From: Pristiophorus japonicus | Lineage: Eukaryota | Assembly: GCF_044704955.1 (NCBI RefSeq) | Contig: NC_091999.1 | Location: forward strand, 23,312,001-23,376,000 | DNA: 64,000 nucleotides | Reading direction: 5' to 3' | In this document: piece after piece, positions 1 through 10,469 of the stretch | Numbering within the stretch: the stretch's first letter is position 1 | Layout of the letters: the number at the start of each line of letters is the position of its first letter | Notes under the pieces: model-generated | What the model saw: the letters and a program-made list of their open reading frames with translations, nothing else | Databases searched by the model: none | What the model was told of the DNA's origin: nothing | Program-made: the position numbers and the translations under genes

Positions 1-555
1 TGTGAGTGATCTATTAAGAGAGAGGGAAAGAGTGATAGAAACATAATGATAAAGAAAGTGACAAGGAGACAGATGGAGAGAGAGCGATAGTGACTAAAAC
101 AGAAAATGATGGAAATACTTCTCAGCTTAAAGGCAGGGACTAACAGAGACAGGCAAAGACATGGACAGACCGAAATGATGGGAAAGAGAGAGCCAGTCAG
201 ACAAAGAGTCTGAGAGAATCCCATTGGAACAGACGTGGCACCGTGAGAAAGAGACAGATTGAGAGACAGAGACAAACAGAGAAACAGGGACAGCCAGAGT
301 GAGTCAGACTGAGAGAGACAATTTCATCCGAAAGTCAACAGCTTCAACATTGCAAAATTCCCCAAGTGCTGCACTTGAGTGTTAGCCAAGATGATAATGC
401 TCAAGTCTCAGAAGTGCGACTTCAACACACAAACTCCCGATTCAGTCGAGAATGCTGCCACTGAAACAAAGCCGATACAAAATTTCACAACCTTTTAATT
501 TGCACCAAGTCTTTTTTATGAGTTCCAGGACATACCAAATTCATGATGATGATTT

Positions 556-1364
556 ATAGAAACATAGAAACATAGAAATATAGAAAATAGGTGCAGGAGT
601 AGGCCATTCGGCCCTTCTAGCCTGCACCGCCATTCAATGAGTTCATGGCTGAACATTCAACTTCAGTACCCCATTCCTGCTTTCTCGCCATACCCCTTGA
701 TCCCCCTAGCAGTAAGGACCTCATCTAACTCCTTTTTGAATATATTTAGTGAATTGGCCTCAACAACTTTCTGTGGTAGAGAATTCCACAGGTTCACCAC
801 TCTCTGGGTGAAGAAGTTCCTCCGCATCTCGGTCCTAAATGGCTTACCCCTTATCCTTAGACTGTGACCCCTGGTTCTGGACTTCCCCAACATTGGGAAC
901 ATTCTTCCTGCATCTAACCTGTCTAACCCCGTCAGAATTTTATATGTTTCTATGAGGTCCCCTCTCATTCTTCTGAACTCCAGTGAATACAAGCCCAGTT
1001 GATCCAGTCTTTCTTGATAGGTCAGTCCCGCCATCCCGGGAATCAGTCTGGTGAACCTTCGCTGCACTCCCTCAATAGCAAGAATGTCCTTCCTCAGGTT
1101 AGGAGACCAAAACTTTACACAATACTCCAGGTGTGGCCTCACCAATGCCCTGTACAACTGTAGCAACACCTCCCTGCCCCTGTACTCAAATCCCCTTGCT
1201 ATGAAGGCCAACATGCCATTTGCTTTCTTAACCGCCTGCTGCACCTGCATGCCAACCTTCAATGACTGATGTACCATGACACCCAGGTCTCTTTGCACCT
1301 CCCCTTTTCCTAATCTGTCACCATTCAGATAATAGTCTGTCTCTCTGTTTTTACCACCAAAGTG
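556..1364 (-). mobile_element. 5'-truncated young CR1 LINE (ORF2 C-terminus and 3' UTR)
   Basis: ORF 663..1454 contains RPHLEYCV..W and RRMRGDLIETYKI; (CATAGAAA)n tail at 556-590; inserted into the unit site gattt|cacagacag. Confidence 0.95.
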
Positions 1365-1687
1365 CACAGACAGGTGCACATTCACAGAGACATATATTGA
1401 GATAGACAGACACAAAGACACGCACACACATAACCAAAAATGTGCACGCACCAACGGGCATGCACAGATGCCTTCGTCATCTCGAGGGATAGACAGGCTG
1501 AATCACTGTCGCAACTTTGACTGATGTTTGCGATTTTTGAAACGGATGTATCGTGAATATTGCAGATTAATAAAAATGAGAAAACAATGTCAGTGTTGAA
1601 AGGTGTGGGACGTTATTCCATCGATCTCAGGATCAGTTTGGCAGAGAACCGGTTAAATTGTGAAATGGAATGAAAAATGCTGAGAAT

Positions 1688-1768
1688 GGTAGTCGGCAGG
1701 ATTCGAACATGCGCGGGATAACCCAATTGATTTCTAGTCCATCGCCTTAACCACTCGGCCACGACTAC
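1688..1768 (-). tRNA. tRNA-Ser: tRNA-Ser(AGA), probably defective
   Basis: Reverse complement GTAGTCGTGGCCGAGTGGTTAAGGCGATGGACTAGAAATC...; mismatches in anticodon and T stems; discriminator C instead of G. Confidence 0.9.
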
Positions 1769-1987
1769 TGTGTCGCTGCCTTTTCAAACTTTACTCAGAA
1801 AAAACTCAGTCATCCATCTCTTTGCAGCAGACGGCCAAAGACGCCTGAAAAATTCTCCGTTTGCTAAAAATCTGGACGAGGCAATCTCCTCTATCTGTAT
1901 TTTTACAGTTCGATATTGCTCTGGAACTTTTTAATATGAATCTCTTCCAAGAAACAGAAGTAAAATTCTACATTTTGAAACACCTGC

Positions 1988-2059
1988 CTCCCCGTCGGGG
2001 AATTGAACCCCGGTCTCCCGCATGACAGGCAGGGATACTCACCACTATACGAACGAGGA
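1988..2059 (-). tRNA. tRNA-Asp: tRNA-Asp(GTC), few substitutions
   Basis: Reverse complement TCCTCGTTCGTATAGTGGTGAGTATCCCTGCCTGTCATGCGGGAGACCGGGGTTCAATTCCCCGACGGGGAG. Confidence 0.92.
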
Positions 2060-2817
2060 ACTGACGTGTACCAATTCTGTCAGAGCAGTAATCGAGCCAC
2101 TGTGAACAGAACTGGGCACCATGAGAAGTCGACAGACACATTGAGAGACAGAGACAAACCGACAAACAGGGAGAGACAGACAGCGAGATAGAGACAACGA
2201 GAGACAGAAAGTGTGAGACTGAGAAGGAGAGGCAGACTGAGTGATAAAAAGACTCAAACATATACATATACAGAGATGTGTGTATGTTTGATCTCTTAAG
2301 AGAGAGAGAGGGAAAGAGTGATGGAAAGACAATGATAAAGACAGTTACAAGGAAAGAGACAGATGGAGAGAGAGCGATAGAGACTGAAACAGAAAATGAT
2401 GGAAATACTTCTCAGCTTACAGGCAGGGACTAACAGAGACAGGCAAAGACATGGACAGACCGAAATGATGGGAAAGAGAGAGCCAGTCAGACAAAGAGTC
2501 CGAGAGAATCCCATTGGAACAGACGTGGCACCGTGAGAAAGAGACAGATTGAGAGACAGAGACAGAGACAAACAGAGAAATAGGGACAGACAGAGTAGTC
2601 AGACTGAGAGAGACAAAGACTCAAACACACAAACACATACACAACTCTCTGAAGAGAGAGAGAGAGAGGGAGAGACCGAGCGACGCAGATGCATTTCACA
2701 ATTTCATTTCATTATCGATTCAGAGTGTCACAATGTTACAGAAATTTGCTGATTCAACCGATGAAAATCCGGTCTCACTGATCAGAATGGGAGGAAATCC
2801 GTGTTAAATTAAAGAGG

Positions 2818-2900
2818 TACCAGGAGTGGGGTACGAACCCACGCGGTAAAAAACCACTAAAAATTCAACGCCAACGCCTCAACCAATCGGCTATCCTGGT
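2818..2900 (-). pseudogene. tRNA-Leu(TAA)-derived pseudogene
   Basis: ACCAGGA...TCCTGGTA acceptor arms of vertebrate Leu-TAA; anticodon arm disrupted and B box altered. Confidence 0.85.
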
Positions 2901-3009
2901 CCTGTGAGAGCCTGAATTCTGTCTCTGTGAGAATCTGGGCTTCAACCCCAACCCCACATACAAAAACATACACATCGGCTTTCAGTGAGCATTTATTAAC
3001 ATTTTTAGG

Positions 3010-3262
3010 AATATTGAGACGGGGGCAACTCTCCTATTCTTTTTCGAGTAATGCATTGGGAACTTTCATATCCACCCGAGGGTGCAGACGGAGCTTCAAT
3101 TTAACATTTCATCCGAAAGTCAACAGCTTCAACATTGCAAAATTCCCCAAGTGCTGCACTTGAGTGTTAGCCAAGATGATATGCTCAAGTCTCAGAAGTG
3201 CGACTTGAACACACAAACTCCCGATTCAGTCGAGAATGCTGCCACTGAAACAAAGCCGATAC
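3010..3262 (-). mobile_element. DeuSINE/SacSINE1-like remnant embedded in the tDNA unit (also ~4976-5229, ~6943-7195, partial 321-476, and in old units)
   Basis: Colinear with the free SINE at 25948-26378 (tccacccgagggtgcagacgg...tcatccgaaag...ctgcact..agtgt.agcc...ctcaagtctc...gacttgaac). Confidence 0.8.
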
Positions 3263-3663
3263 AAAATTTCACAACCTTATAATTTCCACCAAGTCTTTTT
3301 TATAAGTTCCAGGACATACCAAATTCATGATGATGATTTCCACAGACAGTTGCACATACACAGAGACATATGTAGAGATAGACAGACACAAAGACACGCA
3401 CACACATAACCAAAAATGTGCACGCACCAACGGGCATGCACAGATGCCTTCGTCATCTCGAGGGATAGACAGGCTGAATCACTGTCGCAACTTTGACTGA
3501 TGTTTGCGATTTTTGAAACGGATGTATCGTGAATATTGCAGATTAATAAAAATGAGAAAAAAATGTCAGTGTTGAAAGGTGTGGGACGTTATTCCATCGA
3601 TCTCAGGATCAGTTTGGCAGAGAACCGGTCAAATTGTGAAATGGAATGAAAAATGCTGAGAAT

Positions 3664-3744
3664 GGTATTCGGCAGGATTCGAACATGCGCGGGATAATCC
3701 AATTGATTTCTAGTCCATCGCCTTAACCACTCGGCCACGACTAC
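3664..3744 (-). tRNA. tRNA-Ser: tRNA-Ser(AGA), probably defective
   Basis: As the 1688 copy, plus acceptor-stem and variable-arm changes. Confidence 0.88.
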
Positions 3745-3963
3745 TGTGTCGCTGCTTTTTCAAACGTTACTCAGAAAAAACTCAGTCATCCATCTCTGTG
3801 CAGCAGACGGCCAAAGACGCCTGCAAAATTCTCCGTTTGCTAAAAATCTGGACCAGGCAATCTCCTCTATCTGTATTTTTACAGTTCGATATTGCTCTGG
3901 AACTTTTTAATATGAATCTCTTCCAAGAAACAGAAGTAAAATTCTACATTTTGAAACACCTGC

Positions 3964-4035
3964 CTCCCCGTCGGGGAATTGAACCCCGGGCTCCCGCGTG
4001 ACAGGCAGGGATACTTCCCACTATACTAACGAGGA
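3964..4035 (-). tRNA. tRNA-Asp: tRNA-Asp(GTC), D-loop substitutions
   Basis: Anticodon loop CTGTCAC; acceptor and T stems recognisable. Confidence 0.9.
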
Positions 4036-4784
4036 ACTGACGAGCACCAGTTCTGCCAGAGCAGTAATCGAGCCACTGTGAACAGAACTGGACACCATGA
4101 GAAGTCGACAGACACATTGAGAGACAGAGACAAACCGACAAACAGGGAGAGACAGACAGCGAGATAGAGACAACGAGAGACAGAATGTGTGAGACTGAGA
4201 AGGAGAGGCAGACTGAGTGAGAAAAAGACTCAAACATATACATATACAGAGATGTGTGTGTGTTTGATCTATTAAGAGAGAGAGAGGGAAAGAGTGATAG
4301 AAAGACAATGATAAAGACAGTTACAAGGAAAGAGACAGATGGAGAGAGAGCGATAGAGACTAAAACAGAAAATGATGGAAATACTTCTCAGCTAACAGGC
4401 AGGGACTAACAGAGACAGGCAAAGACATGGACAGACCGAAATGATGGGAAAGAGAGAGCCAGTCAGACAAAGAATCTGAGAGAATCCCATTGTAACAGAC
4501 GTGGCACCGTGAGAAAGAGACAGATTGAGAGACAGAGACAAACAGAGAAACAGGGACAGCCAGAGTGAGTCAGACTGAGAGAGACAAAGACTCAAACATA
4601 CAAACACATACACAACTCTCTGAAGAGAGAGAGAGGGAGAGACCGAGCGACGCAGATACATTTCACAATTTCATTTCATTATCGGTTCAGAGTGTCACAT
4701 TGTTACAGAAAATTGCTGATTCAACCGATGAAAATCCGGTCTCACTGATCAGAATGGGAGGAAATCCGTGTTAAATTAAAGAGA

Positions 4785-4866
4785 TACCAGGAGCGGTGTG
4801 CGAACCCACGCGGGAAAAATCCATTAAAATTCAAGGCCAACGCCTCAACCACTCGGCGATCCTCGT
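4785..4866 (-). pseudogene. tRNA-Leu-derived pseudogene (anticodon position reads TGA)
   Basis: Aligns to Leu-TAA; B box and anticodon stem damaged. Confidence 0.85.
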
Positions 4867-5630
4867 CCTGTGAGAGCCTGCATTCCGTCTCTGTGAGAAT
4901 CTGGGCTTCAAACCCGACCCCACATACAAACACATACACATCGGCTTTCAGTGAGCATTTAGGAACATTTTTAGGTATATTGAGACGGGGGCAACTCTCC
5001 TATTCTTTTTCGAGTAATGCACTGGGAACTTTCATATCCACCCGAGGGTGCAGACGGAGATTCAATTTAACATTTCATCCGAAAGTCAACAGCTTCAACA
5101 TTGCAAAATTCCCCAAGTGCTGCACTTGAGTGTTTGCCAGGATGATAATGCTCAAGTCTCAGAAGTGCGACTTGAACACACAAACTCCCGATTCAGTCGA
5201 GAGTGCTGCCACTGAACCAAAGCCGATACAAAAGTTCACAACCTTATTATTTCCCCCAATTCTTTTTTATAAGTTCCAGGACATACCAAATTCATGATGA
5301 TGATTTCCACAGACAGTTGCACATACACAGAGACATATATAGAGATAGACAGACACAAAGACACGCACATACATAACCAGAAATGTGCACGCACCAACGG
5401 GCATGCACAGATGCCTTCGTCATCTCGAGGGATAGACAGGCTGAATCACTGTCGCAACTTTGACTGATGTTTGCGATTTTTGAAAGGGATGTATCGTGAA
5501 TATTGCAGATTAATAAAAATGAGAAAAAAATGTCAGTGTTGAAAGGTGTGGGACGTTATTCCATCTATCTCAGGATCAGTTTGGCAGAGAACCGGTCAAA
5601 TTGTGAAATGGAATGAAAAATGCTGAGAAT

Positions 5631-5711
5631 CGTAGTGGGCAGGATTCGAACATGCGTGGGATAACCCAATGGATTCCTAGTCCATCGCCTTAACCACTCG
5701 GCCACGACTAC
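5631..5711 (-). tRNA. tRNA-Ser body with AGG (Pro) anticodon
   Basis: Anticodon arm ATGGA-CTAGGAA-TCCAT; Ser-type long variable arm; G73. Confidence 0.88.
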
Positions 5712-5930
5712 TGTGCCGCTGCCTTTTCAAACGTTACTCAGAAAAAACTCAGTCATCAATCTCTGTGCAGCAGACGGCCAAAGACGGCTGAAAGATTCTC
5801 CGTTTGCTAACAATCTGGACGAGGCAATCTCCTCTGTCTGTATTTTTACAGTTCGATATTGCTCTGGAACTTTTTAATATGAATCTCTTCCAAGAAACAG
5901 AAGTAAAATTCTACATTTTGAAACACCTGC

Positions 5931-6001
5931 CTCCGCGTCGGGAATTGAACCCCGGTCTCCCGCATGACAGGCGGGGATACTCACCACTATACTAACAAGG
6001 A
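5931..6001 (-). pseudogene. tRNA-Asp(GTC) with acceptor and T-stem lesions
   Basis: 1-nt deletion in the T stem and acceptor substitutions relative to the other copies. Confidence 0.85.
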
Positions 6002-6750
6002 ACTGACGAGCACCAGTTCTGCCGGAGCAGTAATCGAGCCACTGTGAACAGAACTGGACACCATGAGAAGTCGACAGACACATTGAGAGACAGAGACAAA
6101 CCGACAAACAGGGAGAGACAGACAGCGAGATAGAGACAACGAGAGACAGAATGTGTGAGACTGAGAAGGAGAGGCAGACTGAGTGAGAAAAAGACTCAAA
6201 CATATACATATACAGAGATGTGTGTGTGTTTGATCTATTAAGAGAGAGAGAGGGAAAGAGTGATAGAAAGACAATGATAAAGACAGTTACAAGGAAAGAG
6301 ACAGATGGAGAGAGAGCGATAGAGACTAAAACAGAAAATGATGGAAATACTTCTCAGCTAACAGGCAGGGACTAACAGAGACAGGCAAAGACATGGACAG
6401 ACCGAAATGATGGGAAAGAGAGAGCCAGTCAGACAAAGAATCTGAGAGAATCCCATTGGAACAGACGTGGCACCGTGAGAAAGAGACAGATTGAGAGACA
6501 GAGACAAACAGAGAAACAGGGACAGCCAGAGTGAGTCAGACTGAGAGAGACAAAGACTCAAACATACAAACACATACACAACTCTCTGAAGAGAGAGAGA
6601 GGGAGAGACCGAGCGACGCAGATACATTTCACAATTTCATTTCATTATCGGTTCAGTGTGTCACATTGTTACAGAAAATTGCTGATTCAACCGATGAAAA
6701 TCCGGTCTCACTGATCAGAATGGGAGGAAATCCGTGTTAAATTAAAGAGA

Positions 6751-6832
6751 TACCAGGAGCGGTGTGCGAACCCACGCGGGAAAAATCCATTAAAATTCAA
6801 GGCCAACGCCTCAACCACTCGGCGATCCTCGT
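6751..6832 (-). pseudogene. tRNA-Leu-derived pseudogene
   Basis: Essentially identical to 4785-4866. Confidence 0.85.
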
Positions 6833-7596
6833 CCTGTGAGAGCCTGCATTCCGTCTCTGTGAGAATCTGGGCTTCAAACCCGACCCCACATACAAACACA
6901 TACACATCGACTTTCAGTGAGCATTTAGGAACATTTTTAGGAATATTGAGACGGGGGCAACTCTCCTATTCTTTTTCGAGTAATGCACTGGGAACTTTCA
7001 TATCCACCCGAGGGTGCAGACGGAGATTCAATTTAACATTTCATCCGAAAGTCACCAGCTTCAACATTGCAAAATTCCCCAAGTGCTGCAGTTGAGTGTT
7101 AGCCAAGATGATAAAGCTCAAGTCTCAGAAGTGCGACTTGAACACACAAACTCCCGATTCAGTCGAGAATGCTGCCACTGAACCAAAGCCGATACAAAAG
7201 TTCACAACCTTATTATTTTCCCCAAGTCTTTTTTATAAGTTCCAGGACATACCAAATTCATGGTGATGATTTCCACAGACAGTTGCACATACACAGAGAC
7301 ATATATAGAGATAGACAGACACAAAGACACGCACACACATAACCAAAAATGTGCACGCACCAACGGGCATGCACAGATGCCTTCGTCATCTCGAAGGATA
7401 GACAGGCTGAATCACTGTCGCAACTTTGACTGATGTTTGCGATTTTTGAAACGGATGTATCGTGAATATTGCAGATTAATAAAAATGAGAAAAAAATGTC
7501 AGTGTTGAAAGGTGTGGGACGTTATTCCATCTATCTCAGGATCAGTTTGGCAGAGAACCGGTCAAATTGTGAAATGGAATGAAAAATGCTGAGAAT

Positions 7597-7677
7597 CGTA
7601 GTGGGCAGGATTCGAACATGCGCGGGATAACCCAATGGATTCCTAGTCCATCGCCTTAACCACTCGGCCACGACTAC
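7597..7677 (-). tRNA. tRNA-Ser body with AGG (Pro) anticodon
   Basis: GTAGTCG TG GCCGAGTGGTTAAGGC G ATGGA CTAGGAA TCCAT TGGGTTATCCCGC GCATG TTCGAAT CCTGC CCACTAC G; A and B boxes present; T5 run about 10 nt downstream. Confidence 0.88.
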
Positions 7678-7896
7678 TGTGCCGCTGCCTTTTCAAACGT
7701 TGCTCAGAAAAAACTCAGTCATCAATCTCTGTGCAGCAGACGGCCAAAGACGGCTGAAAGATTCTCCGTTTGCTAAAAATCTGGACGAGGCAATCTCCTC
7801 TGTCTGTATTTTTACAGTTCGATATTGCTCTGGAACTTTTTAATATGAATCTCTTCCAAGAAACAGAAGTAAAATTCTACATTTTGAAACACCTGC

Positions 7897-7968
7897 CTCC
7901 CCGTCGGGGAATTGAACCCCGGTCGCCCGCGTGACAGGCGGGGATACTCACCACTATACTAACGAGGA
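7897..7968 (-). tRNA. tRNA-Asp: tRNA-Asp(GTC), best-preserved copy, possibly functional
   Basis: TCCTCGTTAGTATAGTGGTGAGTATCCCCGCCTGTCACGCGGGCGACCGGGGTTCAATTCCCCGACGGGGAG; all stems pair. Confidence 0.93.
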
Positions 7969-8118
7969 ACTGACGTGTACCAGTTCTGCCAGAGCAGTAA
8001 TCGAGCCACTGTGAACAGAACTGGACACCATGAGAAGTCGAAAGACACATTGAGAGACAGAGACAAGCCGACAAACAGGGAGAGACAGACAACGAGATAG
8101 AGACAACGAGAGACAACG

Positions 8119-9173
8119 AGGTGGACAAGTCCCCTGGACCTGATGACATGCATCCCAGGGTCTTCAGAGAAGTGGCTGCAGAGATAGTGGATGCACTGGT
8201 TGTAATCTACCAATATTCCCTGAACTCTGGAGAAGTCCCAGTGGACTGGAAAACAGCAAATGTAACACCCCTATTTAAGAAATTAGGGAGACAGAAAGCA
8301 GGAAACTAAAGACCAGTTAGTCTACCATCTGTCAGTGGGATAATACTGGAGTCCATCATTAAGGAAAAGTAGCAGGACATTTTGAAAATCATATTGCAGT
8401 CAAGCAGATTCAACATGGTTTTATGAAAGGGAAATCATGTTTGACAAATTTGCTGGAGTTGATTGAGGATTTAACGAGCAGAGTGGATGAAGTAGAACCA
8501 GTTGATGTCGTATATGTGGATTTCCAGAAAGCATTTGATAAGTTGCCACACAAAAGTTTACTGCAGAAGCTAAGAGCTCATGGATGTGGGGGTAATATAT
8601 TAGAATGGATAGAGGATTGGCTAACTAACATAAAACAGAGACTCAGGATAAATGGGTCATTTTTAGGTTGCCAAACTGTAACTAATGGGGTGACACAGGG
8701 ATCAGTGCTGGGGCCTCAATTATTTACAATTTATATTAATGACTTGAATGAAGGGACCGACAGTAACGCAGCCACATTTGCTGATGATACAAAGATAGGT
8801 GGGAAAGCAAGTTGTGAGGAGGAGGCAACAAATCTACAAAGGGATATAGACAGGCTCAGTGAGTGGGGAAAAATCTGGCAGATGGACTATAATGTGGTAA
8901 ATGTCAGGTTATCCCCTTTGGTAGGAAAAATAAAAACGTGAATTATTATTTAAATGGGGTTGATTACAAAATGCTGTAGTACAGAGGGATCTGGGGGTTC
9001 TTGTCCAAGAATCTCAATAGGTTAACATGCAGGTACAGCAAATAATCAGGAAAGCAAATGGAATGCTGGGCTTTATTGCAAGGGGGGTGGAGTATAAAAG
9101 TCGGGAAGTCCTGCTACAACTGTACAGGCCATTGGTAAGACCACAGCTGGAGTACTGCACACAGTTTTGGTCT
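8119..9173 (+). mobile_element. CR1 LINE ORF2 reverse-transcriptase fragment
   Basis: DKSPGPD, MKGKSCLTNL, QGSVLGP and FADDTK motifs with stops and frameshifts; truncated at both ends. Confidence 0.93.
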
Positions 9174-9651
9174 GGACTTGTCTCCATTCCCGTGCCGAGG
9201 GGATTGTTACACCAGACGGGAGGGGCAACTATGGGGACACTGATTCCGCACCAATTCCCATTCTCCTCCTTTCTGGTGGATAATGGAGGGGCCACTGTGT
9301 GTAATGTGCAAGTCAGTAAGCATTGTCAGCAAGCTCTTTTTGGAGATTATATTCAGTGGAAAGTTTGACACTATTCTGGATTTTGTACCAAAGATCAATG
9401 TAGGATTCAATAAAAATGCATAATTTTATTGCAAACTAAATTTCTGTTGAGAGTCGCTGAATTAAGCGGGAAGATAACACACAGCGTTTCTTAAATGGAC
9501 ACTGCAGCCTCGAGAACACAATCAGCAATATATCCAGAGTATTAAAGTCCAGCCCAGTTATAGGGTTATTATCAGCAGAAACAAACCCCAACTGTCAGAA
9601 TGAACATGGTTCAGTCGGGATGTGATTAACAGCAGATTCCAACCCCTGCAG

Positions 9652-10259
9652 GCAATTGTGAACTGCTGGTGTTTCAGCAGGTGGGATGACCCAGTGAATC
9701 CCTTCACACACATGGGGCAGGTGCACGGCCTCTCCCCAGTGTGAATTCGCTGGTGAGTTACAAGGTGGGATGACCCAGTGAATCGCTTCCCACACATGGG
9801 GCAGGTGAACGGCCTCTCCCCAGTGTGAATGCGTCGATGAATTTCCAGCACAGACGGCGATCTAAATACCTTCCCATAGTCCCCACAGTTTCTCCATGGT
9901 GCTGGTATCCTTGTGACTCTGGATGGTTGGACGATCAGTTGAAGCCTCGCCCACACTCACAACACGTTCACAGTTTCACCCCGCTGTGAATGGTGCGATG
10001 TTTCTTCAGGCTGTGTGACTGGTTAAAGCTTTTTCCACAGGCAGAGCACTGGATCAATCACTCGGGTGTGTGTGTCTCTGTGCTTTTCCAGTCACACTGA
10101 TGTTTGAAATCTTTTCCCACAGGCAGGACAGACAAACATTTCTCCTTCCACTTTCAAAGGACGATGATATTCGGGTCCTGATGAATCGATTGAGTCCGTC
10201 AGATCTTGACATGATGTTTGGTTTGTGTTTCCTGTCTGAAAATCTCCCCTTCTAATACG
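9652..10259 (-). pseudogene. C2H2 zinc-finger pseudogene A (shark non-KRAB ZNF family, finger exon)
   Basis: [16 protein letters not shown]...H fingers in ORF 9558..9956; acceptor ttttacAG ending at 10260; 8-nt deletion after ATGGAGAAAC. Confidence 0.88.
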
Positions 10260-10469
10260 CTGTAAAAGGAGATAACAAAACTCATCACTGTCAGTACAAG
10301 ACAGAAATTCAGGATAGACACATCTAGTTTCCATGGAACATTCTTTCCTCTCTTGTTCTTCCAAAGCTTTAAATCCCTGTCCAACACATTGTCCCTCCTG
10401 CTGTGCTGAAATCCAAATCAACACACATTTCTAAACTGTTTCTCCTCCACTCCCAGTTTTCAACACCAA

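Larger units (their letters stand above)
1..8118 (-). repeat. Young tandem tDNA array, ~1.97 kb unit (tRNA-Ser, tRNA-Asp, GA-rich spacer, tRNA-Leu, DeuSINE remnant), about 4 units
   Basis: Ser genes recur at 1688, 3664, 5631 and 7597 (spacing 1976/1967/1966) with near-identical intervening sequence; the array is cut at 8119 by a CR1. Confidence 0.95.

Noticed and set aside
1968-6627. Many Ser/Leu/Cys/Val-rich or Arg/Asp/Glu-rich ORFs (also 41-59 kb)
   Set aside because: Translations of the GA/CT low-complexity spacer and of tRNA genes.
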